This document shows positions 40,209 to 58,185 of a DNA stretch of 64,000 nucleotides, one piece after another. The position numbers were made by a program, and so were the translations under genes. A model generated the notes under the pieces. The model made no database searches and was not told the DNA's origin. It saw only the letters and a list, made by a program, of their open reading frames with translations. Origin of the DNA: Octopus vulgaris (taxonomy: Eukaryota); the NCBI GenBank assembly GCA_951406725.2, contig OX597814.1, forward strand, positions 188,418,001 through 188,482,000, given 5' to 3'. How positions within the stretch are numbered: position 1 is the stretch's first letter; each line of letters begins with the position of its first letter.

Positions 40209-40828
40209 TAATAATAATGATAATAATAATAGTAATAATAATAATGATAATCTGATAAAAGGTCGTAAATGCTTGGGTGTTGATATACGCGACTGAACTG
40301 ATCCCAATACGTAAATTGGTGCTTAGTTTATCGAAAACAGCATAGCGCCTACTTTACTTTGCTAATTGCTTTTACATGCAGCAGGCGTCCCTAGGTATAG
40401 CTTTTTAATCATTTACTTGGTTGATAGTTCCACGTCTTATTGACTCAGCCAGATGCGAATCTAGAATGTTTTAACAGATTATATTTAAAAACAACAGAAA
40501 CGAAACCAAATCAGTCTTCCATCTAATTCGAAACTTCAAATGTAGAGTCTATTATTTCAGTTAGTTCTTATTTATATAAGCCATTTGAAACTAAACTAAT
40601 GTTTTCTTTGTGTTCTGTCTTTTTTCTTCTATTGTACCATTGTACATTGTACAATTCCTGTGTGTTTCCTTCGTCCCAAAATGGCGGCCAGTTTGCACCT
40701 CACTAGGGGCAATTCGCTTAACTTTTATAAGTACAATATATTTATGTAAAAACTTCCACTTGCATCATTCCGGAGACGTTAGTGAGAAGCAAACAACAAT
40801 AGCACCACACAGGCATGCATACACACAG

Positions 40829-40933
40829 ACACATACGTACATACTTACATGCAAACAAAAACATATATATATATGTATATATGTGCATATATTATATATG
40901 TGTATATATTATATATGTGTATGCGTGTGTGTC

Positions 40934-41016
<83 letters not shown>

Positions 41017-41227
41017 ATATATAATATATAATATATATATATATATAATATATATATAACACATACGTACATACTTACATGCAAACAAAAACATATATAT
41101 ATGTATGTGCATATATTATATATGTGTATATATTATATATGTGTATGTGTGTGTGTCTGCATATATATATATATATATATATATATGTATAATATATATA
41201 TATATAATATATATATATATAGATGTT

Positions 41228-41278
<51 letters not shown>

Positions 41279-41360
41279 TATAATATATATATATATAATA
41301 TATATATAATATATATATATATATAACACATACGTACATACGTACATGCAAACAAAAATC
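40829..41360 (+). repeat. ~230-270 bp tandem unit built from microsatellites (2 full units and 1 partial)
   Basis: acatacgtacatac(t/g)tacatgcaaacaaaa recurs at ~40831, ~41061 and ~41328. Confidence 0.8.
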
Positions 41361-41759
41361 TTCCCCACACAAATAATTATTATGATGATTAATAACAAAA
41401 GCAACGGTAATATAAAGATAACACCATCAACGAAAACAACGGCCACGACCACAGCAATAAGATCAACAACAGCAGCATGAATAATTCACAACAATGCAAA
41501 TACAACAGATGCTGCTACTGTTTGCAAAAGTAAAACTCAAAATAAATTATCAGATCTAGCAATCACAACAGCAACATCTGCAACTGTAACAACAACGGAC
41601 TCAAAAAACAACAACAAAATCAGGTATAAGTGCACCAGTAACAACAGCAGTTAAGTTTGCAATTCCGACAACAATATGCGTACGTACAATCATGCATATG
41701 TGCATTCAATCATGCATGCGCACGTATAAACATATATTCATACATGTACACATACGTAC

Positions 41760-47472
<5,713 letters not shown>

Positions 47473-47906
47473 ATGTGTTTATGTAAATTGGGAACAGCTC
47501 TTTGAAACAAGTTGTATTCAAGACACGACAAACTTTAAGTTTAGTCATTTTATTTTTATTTTATTTTATATCTTTTTTTTTTTTTTTTTTAGATATTTCC
47601 TTATTTATCCTTTCTGCTGTTTGTGGAACATCAGCTGCACTCAATCCATTGTTCCATCGACGTTTCGAAGCTATCCCACCTTTATTCCTCAGAAGGAAGG
47701 AAATGGATTGTAGGCTGTCACGCGCACGCACGCACGCACACATGCAGACGCCCCAGCCACCCCCACCCTACGCGCACACATACACACACACTCACATACA
47801 GACACGTGCACGATTACACAAGCCCACACATACACACGCACATGTACAGACATACACGCGCACATACACACGCACACATGCACGCGCGCGCAAGCACACA
47901 CACATG

Positions 47907-47953
<47 letters not shown>

Positions 47954-48503
47954 ATATACATCAGCGTTTTTGTCCTGCGGACGGCTTTAGATATTTATTT
48001 CACCCAAAGTGGTTTATAATCCAATAAATTAAACGACATTTATATACAGCTGTTACCAATTTGATGCTTACACTTTAAGTATATATATATATATATATAT
48101 ACCCAAAAAATAAGCAACAAGAATGGATCAGTAATTTAGTACAATTGTTTCATACTATACACATTTTATTAAAGCTGCAAATATTACAGCAAATATAATG
48201 TCAAGTACTCTTCAGTTAAATTTCATATAGATCTTCCAAACATCTTGGAGAGTGTAAATATCCTTATAAAGTTATAGAAGTGAGTTCCAGGAACTTGAAG
48301 TAAGATTCCAAGCAGACTATATATGTTTTCCAACAATACAAAGTTATTAAATTAATTATTGACATCTCAGAGAAGGTAAATCTACTCATAAAGATGTGGA
48401 TATAAATTTCAAGAAACATGAGGAAAGGTGCCGATCAGACCACGGTTAAGTTCGCATCTAACTGTTGCAAACAAAATTCTATAGTTGTATGAAAGAAAGC
48501 GGG

Positions 48504-48553
<50 letters not shown>

Positions 48554-48665
48554 TACGTACATATATGTTTATATATATGCATATGTTTTATTTCATTTAC
48601 TAATATATATATATATATATATATATATACTTATATATATATATGTATGTATATATACATACACA

Positions 48666-48955
48666 GTGGAGGCGCAATGGTCCAGTGGTTTGGGCATCGG
48701 ACTCGCGGTTTCGATTCCCAGACCGGGCATTGTGAGTGTTTATTGAGCGGAAACACCTGAAGCTCCACGAGGCTCCGGTAGCGTGTGGTGGCGATCCCTG
48801 CTGTACTCTTTCGCCACAACTTTCTCTCACTCTTTCTTCTGTTGGCCTGCTCGCTTAGCCAGCGGGGTGGCGTCATTTGAAGGCTAAAACAATGCGAAGC
48901 GCATTGTGACCAGCGATATTTAGCAACATCTGACAGCCTGGTCGGTCACGGTGAT
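48666..48955 (+). mobile_element. SINE family C, tail type 5
   Basis: Family head and core followed by gttggcctgctcgcttagcc...ggtcggtcacggtgatata; the end of this tail also occurs at 20765-20812. Confidence 0.9.
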
Positions 48956-49229
48956 ATATACACGTTTATATGTATATATGTCTGTTTACACACACACGCG
49001 TGCGTGTGCGCGCATGCACTTATATCCGCACACACATACATACACACACGTATACAAATATAGTTTACTTTTAATAAAAAATATTGTTGACATTAACTTC
49101 GAAGTTCCGAAACCACGTAGTCACTGTACACTAGAAAAGTATAGATTAAACCCCTGAGATTAATGTCAAAATTGCTTTTATTATAACTAAACATATAAAC
49201 ACAAATTAACTTATATACAAATATCTGCA

Positions 49230-49451
49230 TACGAAAGGCTCGCCGAAAAGTTCCTGGCTTGAACTGTGTCGCGAAAGTCCTGGTTGGAGGCCCAACCTTC
49301 CGATTTATTTTACAGGGCTTAGAAAAACTGAAGGACTTCAGCAATAAGTGTGTGAATCTAAGACAGGAATATGTTGAATAAAGTCATCATTAATTGATCC
49401 TCCTGTATTTTCTTTTACCCAAAGCTAAGAACATCTCAGCAACTCTTCTTA
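49230..49451 (+). mobile_element. Internally deleted mariner element, copy 2
   Basis: Homologous to 27465-27691; LQGLEKLKDFSNKCVNLRQEYVE*. Confidence 0.8.
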
Positions 49452-49534
49452 TCTATGCGTGGGTGAGTACGTATATAGTCATTTTTTGAAAATATTCATC
49501 AGGTTCTAAATCAGGAAATCCTCCGTGTATTGTG

Positions 49535-50144
49535 TTCTACTCTAGGCACAAGGCCCGAAATTTTGGGGGAGGGGCCCAGTCGATTAGATCGACTTCAGTA
49601 CACAACTGGTACTTAATTCATCGACCGCGAAAGGATGAAAGGCAAACTCGACCTCGGGTGAATTTGAATTCAGAACGTAATGACAGACGACATGCCGCTA
49701 AGCATTTCGCCTGGCTTGCTAACGTTTCTTATTTCTTTATTGCCCATAAGGTGCTAAACACAGAGAGAACAAACAAAGACAGAAAAGGGATTAAGTCGAT
49801 TACATCGACCCCAGTGCGTAACTGGTACTTAATTTATCGAGCGCGAAAGGATGAAAGGCAAAGTCGACCTCGGGGGAATTTGAATTCAGAACGTAAAGAC
49901 AGACGAAATACCTATTTCTTTATTACTCACAAGGGGCTAAACATAGAGGGGACAAACAAGGACAGACATAGGTATTAAGTCGATTACATCGACCCCAGTG
50001 CGTAACTGGTACTTATTTAATCGACCCCGAAAGAATGAAAGGCAAAGTCGACCTCGGCGGAATTTGAACTCAGAACGTAGCGGCAGACGAAATACTGCTA
50101 AGCATTTCGCCCGACGTGCTAACGTTTCTGCCAGCTCACCGCCT
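49535..50144 (-). mobile_element. Three tandem or nested SINE family A units
   Basis: Core repeated at ~49620, ~49840 and ~50020; units fused near the head. Confidence 0.9.
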
Positions 50145-50479
50145 TCTGTAAAGTGAATATTAGTTAACGACTGATATTTCAATCGATTAGCAAGCCACAC
50201 AATACGGTAATATAAAGGCAGATTCACCCTCACTAATGTTACTAACTTAGCGCCTAACAAAAATACTCTTAGGACGCATATCGTATACTACAAGAAATAA
50301 AACGCTCCCTGAATATTGAATGCTTCAACATATTAATAACTCATAAAACAGAAAACGTGTATCAAATCTAGCCTCAAATTCAGCGTTTGAACATATTACA
50401 AAAACGTCGAGATAAAACCTACTCGAGAATACAAAACCACGAGCCAACATACCACAAAACGTTCATCAAATTACTATTA

Positions 50480-50878
50480 TCTTTATATATAAAAGTGAAG
50501 TTGTGTGTCTGTCTCCTACGATTTAGATTCCTAACTACTCCCACATTTTGCGGTGCAGTGTAACCAAAAGCGGGTATCTTATAGTCGTCATTCATATCGA
50601 GCCCTTCTGGGTATTAGCGCGCGTCTACGATCAGTCTACGATTTAAAAAAAAATTTACCATTGTTTTTTTTCCATTTTAATGCATTTTTTCGCTATCATA
50701 TAAGGGAAGTAACTCTCTAAAAATGTCTACGATGAGTCAACGATTTAAAAAAAAATTTACCATCATTTTTTTCCCATTTTTAATGCATTGTTATGCTACT
50801 TTTTGGCTATAACTCTCTAAAAATGCTTATATAGTTATTTCCCTTACAAACCCGAGCAACGCCGGGCGATACTGCTAG
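50480..50878 (+). mobile_element. Non-autonomous Helitron
   Basis: 5' TC, subterminal hairpin cccgagcaacgccggg at 50851-50866, CTAG 3' end, A^T junctions; near-identical copy at 62388. Confidence 0.92.
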
Positions 50879-51322
50879 TAACTCATAAAACAGAAAACGT
50901 GTATCAAATCGAGCCACAAATTCAGCGTTTGAACATATTATAAAAACGTCGAGATAAAACTTACTCGAGAATACAAAACCACGAGCGAACATACCACAAA
51001 ACGTTCATCAAATTACTATTATCTTTATATAAATTCCAATGCAAACATCAATGTTGTAGACTTCATGAATCAAATAGCTTCTTTACAGATGAGTACCGTC
51101 TTTCCTTGCTTTCCCATGTTGATCTCGTTCTCGTCCATGATTTCGTAAGACTTTTTAGACTAGTTGCTGATCTTCACAGTTTATATAGCAGAAGAATGTT
51201 CTGCTTTGCACAGGATTGACGGGATCGCTTTGTGGGACATGAACTCTATAAATCAATCATCGTGACATCTTTGGAGTCCGGAACTAATTCAATAGTTTTT
51301 ACTGCGTATCTTTAGCGAATAC

Positions 51323-51557
51323 CTATTTCTTTACTACCCACAAGGGGCTAAACACAGAGAGGACAAACAAGGACAGACAAACGGATTAAGTCGATTACAT
51401 CGACCCCAGTGCGTAACTGGTACTTAATTTATCGACCCCGAAAGGATGAGAGGCAAAGTCGACCTCGGCGGAATTTGAACTCAGAACGTAACGGCAGACG
51501 AAATACGGGTACGCATTTCGCCCGGCGTGCTAACGTTTCTGCCAGCTCACCGCCTTG
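51323..51557 (-). mobile_element. SINE family A with 14-bp TSD
   Basis: TSD tctttagcgaatac at 51309-51322 and 51558-51571. Confidence 0.96.
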
Positions 51558-51589
51558 TCTTTAGCGAATACTGTTGCAGATAGTTGTTC

Positions 51590-51925
51590 TTCCGTGCGAT
51601 TTCAGGTGATACCATCATCCGCCTTCGAAAGGTGCACACATTGACAGACTTCTCATGTTCATCTATTGATGTTTTCATCGAGATTTTGACCATCACATTT
51701 CTGAAGTTGACGCTTGAGTCGTTTGTGTTCTAGACAGCATTCTTCAAAAGTTAACAACCGTCTTTAATGCGCTTCCTCCACGCAACTCTATTTCGAGCTA
51801 TTTCCTCTCACTGGTGTGTATCAAATGCCAGCTCCTTCAGGTTGTTCTTGATGCTGGTTTTGCACCTCTCTTTTAGTTTGTGCCGAGGACTTTTACCGAG
51901 TTGTAGCTCGCCGTAAAACAGTTGC
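51590..51925 (-). mobile_element. RTE-clade LINE ORF C-terminal fragment
   Basis: QLFYGELQLGKSPRHKLKERCKTSIKNNLKELAFDTHQ*EEIARNRVAWRKRIKDG matches the RTE terminal motif pattern. Confidence 0.8.
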
Positions 51926-51985
51926 TATGGATTCTATCATTTTCCATGCAGACAATGAGAAGGTTTTACTAGAGACTCTTTTGTT

Positions 51986-52381
51986 CTTTTACTTGTTTCA
52001 GTCATTTGAATGTGGCCATGCTAGAGCACCACCTTTTAGTCGAGCAAATCGATCCCAGGACTTATTCTTTGTAAGCCTAGTACTTATTCTATTGTTCTCT
52101 TTTGCCGAACTGCTAAGTTACGGGGACGTAAACACACCAGCATCGGTTGTTAAGCGATGTTGTGGGACAAACACAGACACACAAACACATACACATACAT
52201 ATATATCTATATGCATATATACGACGGGCTTCTTTCAGTTTCCATCTACCAAATCCCCTCACAAGGCCTTTGGTCGGCCCGAGGCTATAGTAGAAGAAAC
52301 TTGCCCAAGGTGCCACGCAGTGGGACTGAACCCGGAACCATGTGGTTGGTAAGCAAGCTACTTACCACACAGCTACTCCTA
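51986..52381 (-). mobile_element. SINE family B
   Basis: Match to the family consensus. Confidence 0.93.
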
Positions 52382-52749
52382 CTAACACATATTTATATAT
52401 ATTTGTGGAGGCCTGTGACCTCGTAGTTAGGGACCGCGGTCTTGATTGCTAGACCGAACAAAACACTTCATTTCAAATTGCTCTTGTTCACTCAGCTGTA
52501 AATGAGCAACCCTGCAATGAACTGTCATTCTGCTCAAGGGGAATGTTGGCCTACCCGCCTATCCAGTGGGATGGTATCGCGTGAAAGCCAAAATAGTGTG
52601 ACCAGCGGTGTATATAACAAAATCCCATACTCTGGTCGATACCGTGATACATATATGCATATAAATACACACACACACATGCACACACACACATGTTCAA
52701 AGTAAAGCTGAGCGAGACCCTCCATGGCAGTCTCTGCAATGACATTGTC

Positions 52750-53150
52750 ATGCGTTCTTATACGTAAGTATGACGTGGGCTATAACGAAGAGGAAAGAAC
52801 ATCGATTAGTTGTGACACAAAGGGTCATTGAAGGATTCATGTTCGGAATATCATTAAATATCATTGCGAGAAACATACCCGAAACTGAGTATATTCGAGA
52901 AGTTGAGTAAACAGCATGATCGCAGAATGCCAGAAACTCAAGTTCTGTTCGGCCGGACATGTCACAAGGTTCGCAAAGAACAATTGAACCGATGCAGTTG
53001 CCGAGTAGTATCCAAGAGAGCTCAAAAGGTTATTTGTAAGGCCTCCACGATGGTGGGAAGGCGATTTAATAAAACAATTTGGGCCAAGATGTAAATGAAT
53101 GGTGCAATCAACAAAAAATTGGAAATGCATTCAATATGACCAACAGCCTG
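52750..53150 (+). mobile_element. Decayed RTE-clade LINE fragment
   Basis: YVSMTWAITKRKEHRLVVTQRVIEGFMFGISL...AGHVTR...YPR...RPPRWW resembles the RTE post-RT region. Confidence 0.78.
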
Positions 53151-53285
53151 ATCGATACAGGTGATACAGATAATAGGTATTGCACTGAAAACTAATTCAG
53201 CTATTTCATTTAGCGACCTCAAATCTGTGCTTAAATGATTTAGAAATATATGCATCGAAATGAAAGACTATAACGCCTGAAAGAG

Positions 53286-53722
53286 GGATCTTTTCGGTTT
53301 GAACGGCAGTTTTTCTAGCGGTGTCATATGAAATAGTCACCCATAATTATGACCCTAGTATCGATCTATCGCATTTCAATCTGTTTTAGGGTTAGGGTTA
53401 GTTAGGGTTCGGCTTAGGGTTAGGGGTGGGAGGAAGGGTATCTTTTTTCTTCAGAAATGTAAATAAACCCAATCTGTTTCTTAAACGAGGGACATATTCA
53501 TGCAGCGCAGAATGTTTTTTAACTGAATGGACGTCATCGATTGATTGAAATTGCAGAAATTGAAGAAAATATCTTACAAATATCTTACAAACTATAGAAT
53601 TTTCTCAATAAAGCCAAGAGAACAAGATGTTTTATAAACACATTCTACCAGTATACGAAGTTTAAACTTTTTTACTTACCTAGAAATTATGTTAAAAACT
53701 GCCGTTCAAACCGAAAAGATCC
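53286..53722. mobile_element. MITE with perfect 29-bp TIRs and internal TTAGGG-like repeats
   Basis: ggatcttttcggtttgaacggcagttttt at 53286-53314 and its exact reverse complement at 53694-53722; (TTAGGG)-like array at ~53385-53426. Confidence 0.9.
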
Positions 53723-54112
53723 TGGAAAAGATATGGTAGTTAGTTAATTTTAAAGGATGAATTTAAGGGATGTAACTCTTAGATCCTTAAAAATTTAAAT
53801 ATCCTGTTAGTTATTTTAGTGCAAGGTTGGGAAAAAGTGAGGGGAAAATGAAGAAGTGAGAATTTGTCATGTAGTGAGATGTGTTCATAAAACCAAATAA
53901 AAAATTATTGTAAGGATATTTATTCAATATAATTATATATACTGATGATATGTTTACGAGGAAATAAAAGTAGTAAACAACGTGAGGCAGTTTCTGAGGA
54001 TTTGAAAAGCAATTCGGGATAAATTTATTAATATTTGCAACGTGGAAGGTGTTTATAAGCCATTTAAGAAACACACAAAAACCGTTAGATTCACTTTAAC
54101 ATTTAAATTTAA

Positions 54113-54163
54113 TTTGCCAGAATATTTTCGTCGCTTTGAGACCGCGACCTGTTCACTGACAAA
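54113..54163 (-). ncRNA. Minimal hammerhead motif with swapped G3-C8 core pair
   Basis: Minus strand reads tttgtca-GTGAACA-g-gtcgc(ggtctcaaa)gcgac-GAAA-atat-TC-tggcaaa. Confidence 0.6.
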
Positions 54164-54424
54164 ATTCTGTGCTGCATCTCTTTATTAATATCAAAAAATA
54201 GAAATCATGTTTAAGATAGGAAATTAATGGGTAATGTGAGAGATATTTGAAATGTTTGTAATTATCTTTAACTGATTTACCTCTGCAAAACATACATACG
54301 CACATATAAGTACTCTTCTAGGCATACCTAAACACTTGCGCCCAGACATCCATAAACACACACACACACAGTCACGCACGCACATTGATAGATAGATATG
54401 TGAATGTATTTATGTACATATATT

Positions 54425-54719
54425 CTTTTCTACTCAAGGCACAAGGCCCGAAACTTTTGTGCCGTCAACGAAACCGGTGCATGTGTGTATATATAATTAC
54501 ACGCACACAAACAAACACACACGCATATATACACGTATCGGTATAGCATGTATTACCTCGACCCTAGTACGCAACTGGTATTTAATTTATCGACCACAAA
54601 AGGATGAAAGGCAAAGGCAAAGTCAGCCTCGGCGGAATTTGAACTTAGAACATAAAGACTGGCGGAATACTACTAAGCATTTCGCCCGGCATGCTAACGT
54701 TTCTGCTAGCTCGCCGCCT
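54425..54719 (-). mobile_element. Diverged SINE family A with internal insertion
   Basis: Head and core match; tail aggcacaaggcccgaaa at 54438. Confidence 0.85.
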
Positions 54720-56221
54720 TATTTATGTACATATGTATTAAGACATAAATAGAAGCGCATACGGCATTCACATTCACAGACAAAAGCATGTATATACATA
54801 CATACACAACCACATACACATGTTTATAAATGTAAACATAGATAAATGTATGCATATAATACATGCTATACAAATACGTGTATATATGTGTGCATGCGTG
54901 TGTGTTTGTTTGTGTACGTGTAATTATATATACACACAAGTACACAGCACAAAATGAATAAATTTATTATTCCTTTCTAAATTAGTATTAAGAGGTTTTA
55001 TAATTAGATATTTTATTTTTACTTGCTTTCACGGACAAACTTTAATAAATTACGATCTCATGTGTTTATCTCTTCTTTAACCGCAACCGGAATGTGCTGA
55101 GACTTCTACCAAAAATATTACTATTCCCTAAAGGTATAACTACCTGAAATGTTGAAAGTGGAGAACAGATAACTTCATCAAAAGATTAAGGTAGCGAACT
55201 TTCTTTTTATAGACAATTGAAAACAACAGCAAATTTAAGAATAAATTTAACTTTAATAGATGATGGTTTCAAAGATATATTCTCGTACTTTTTATAGAGG
55301 ATATTTTCATAATAACCAAAAACATCAACGTTAGAAAGTACACAAAGATATTTCACGATAATTTTAAAGCGAAACTACAAAATTGAAAAATGACAACAAA
55401 ATCTTTGTACAATCTGGTTATACCAGAGTGAATACGAAATTGTTAACCTTAACCCCGACCCTAACCAACATAACATGTATTTCTGTCTAATTAAATTTCA
55501 ACCGAACACCATAATTCAAGGCATCGATATCAAAAGTCAAACAATTACCATTGTACTTGAAATTGATGAGAGAAAGGAATCCATCACATTTCAAAATCCT
55601 TACTTTACACTTAACAACCACAATGATAACTTTAAAACATTAAAATAATAAAACAAATCCCCCAAATGGACACTGGCGTTATTGGTAAATACATTCTAGC
55701 TAAAATCATACCCTAACTGGAAGCTGTCTCACGCTATGATGATGGAGTTACGTCCAAGCTTTATACACTGGTTTTTATTTGTCCCCAAATACCAACACAA
55801 ATATATCGTGTATCAGGTAATGATCCTGACAAATATTTCACCCGGAGTATACAAGATCTTGAGAATCACAACGAAAATTTTCAAATTTACATCTCACCAA
55901 ACACATCAAGACACCCTGCCACTAAAATAGGAATAACGACAAATCATTATCCAAATTTATGCGAAAGAAGGAAGGCTAAAATATCTAGTATTATTTTAAG
56001 AGGCATTTTTACTAATCGGTCAAATTATTTTGGAGTAATTTAAAATCGAGTAACCTAAACGCCGTTGAGGACTAGGAAATTTTTGCCAAAACCACTGCAT
56101 TCCAAGAGATACTCTGAACTTATATCTTGCAAAGAAAAATATTTAGAAAATTTCAGTTATGTAAACCACACACATTAATTCCAAATATACTCTGAACATT
56201 GCCAAATATTCGAATATTTGC

Positions 56222-56257
<36 letters not shown>

Positions 56258-56297
56258 GGTGATGATAATAATAATAATGATAATGATGATGATGATG

Positions 56298-56369
<72 letters not shown>

Positions 56370-56402
56370 GTAATAATAATAATAATAATAACAATAATAA
56401 AA

Positions 56403-56700
56403 ACACCTGCTTATCGATAGACGTTGTAGTCTCTTCTGATCAAAATATTGTCAAAAAAGAAGTGGAGAAAATTGTCTAAGTACAAAGACCTTGAAACTGA
56501 AGTATTCAAGATGTGGGGCACAAAGGTAAGAACAACACCAATAATAATTGGGACATTGTGCATGATAAAAATTAAAAAAAACATACGAACGAAAACGTAG
56601 AAGCTATTCCTGGATCCTCAACACTATACACTATCCAAAAAATAGCCCTGAGAGAACAGCCCACATCCTACACAAGACACTATAATACATCCTAAATAAT
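56403..56700 (+). mobile_element. R4/Dong-type LINE 3' fragment after (AAT)n
   Basis: TCLSIDVVVSSDQNIVKKEVEK..KYKDLETEVFKMWGTKVRTTPIIIGTL. Confidence 0.83.
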
Positions 56701-57050
56701 ACAACCTAAACAAAACAACTCACAAACACAAGACACACTCTATACAGTAATTACCCAGTGAAATAAACTTCTACCAGCAAGCTAGATAAACAATGCATAA
56801 TACATTCAACAAGCGATAATACAGCAAAAGACTGCACCACACTGCAACGGAGAATACTAACACAATACAGAACTAGGAAAAGTTTCCACACACACAACAG
56901 CAGAAAAGAATATGCAATGCTGCGCACACCCAGCAACACGGTGTAGCAGGTGATGCAGTAGAAATTTGCCTCAACCTACCTTATATTGAACAGTTATATA
57001 TTAATGATAATAATAACAACAACAACAACAACAACAACAGCAACAACAAC

Positions 57051-57109
<59 letters not shown>

Positions 57110-57132
57110 TAATAATAATGATGATGATGATG

Positions 57133-57210
<78 letters not shown>

Positions 57211-57211
<1 letters not shown>

Positions 57212-57768
57212 TAAATGCCCTGATGCAGTACCAGGCAGTGGCTCTCATGGCTTCTGCTCTTAACTGATTGGAAGTGTTATCATGTACATTGTTTTGTATT
57301 GGTATAAAAGATGGGCTACAGCAAATATTCTGCTCACTACCACAGATTTGCTTGTCAGTTATTTGACCTTAACCAGTTGACTATGTCCCTTAGTGGCTGA
57401 CGATATGTGCATCTCTGTTCACAAGCAGAAGTAGTGGGGGAGCATCATAGGCATGTATTGAGAGGGATTCTTTGGGGTCTGAATAATTCACCTCTGGAAA
57501 CATGGGTGTTTCGTTCAACATCCTTAAAAACCTTTTCTTCAGGGACCTTTTGAGTGGGATAGGTTACTCGACCAGAAGAAAATTCTAACTGGGCCCCACC
57601 TGCAAGGTCATGTGCTGTTTATCTTGATATGAGATCACCATGTCGCGCACATATGGTTGTGATGCGTATGCCTAGTGTACCCTTATCAGACGGGTAGTCA
57701 TGATGGGTATACTAGGCTTCGTATATTTTACCCCAGTGTCACTTTGTTGGCATGCACTGCTCTCTCAC

Positions 57769-57770
<2 letters not shown>
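57211..57770 (+). mobile_element. ~560-bp non-coding element embedded in (AAT)n (possible Dong-type 3' UTR or non-autonomous partner)
   Basis: Three copies in the window (2973, 32286, 57211) share the same 3' end at (AAT)n, with variable 5' truncation. Confidence 0.85.
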
Positions 57771-57807
<37 letters not shown>

Positions 57808-58152
57808 CTTCTAATATTTAGCCATCTTCCATTCGCACCTTTCAAGTCCAAAACTGTTTTACCTTTCCTCAGCCAGCTTCTTCCACAACAAAACCCTACA
57901 ATTTTGTATCCACATTCCTATTGATTTATGTACAAGCCTGTTTTCTACCAAATGTAAGTATACAGGCATTTAATCCTTATATATTTACATATGATTCTAC
58001 ATTTATGTTTATTTTTCTGTGTATATATATATGGTTTGTGCATCTTTCTATACTAAAACAGTGAAACATCAAGCTGAAGGAACATTCAGTAACTTTTAGT
58101 AGAGTATCATATTCAATCTGTTTTTATAAAAAAAAAAGGTAAATATTTATTT

Positions 58153-58185
58153 TGAAGTTTCGGCTTAATAGCCGTCATCAGACTG
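58153..58185 (-). ncRNA. Hammerhead core remnant (canonical core, stem I lost)
   Basis: Minus strand reads CTGATGA-c-ggct(atta)agcc-GAAA-ct-TC. Confidence 0.45.

Noticed and set aside
53385-53426. True telomere or chromosome fusion site
   Set aside because: A short degenerate array enclosed within MITE TIRs.
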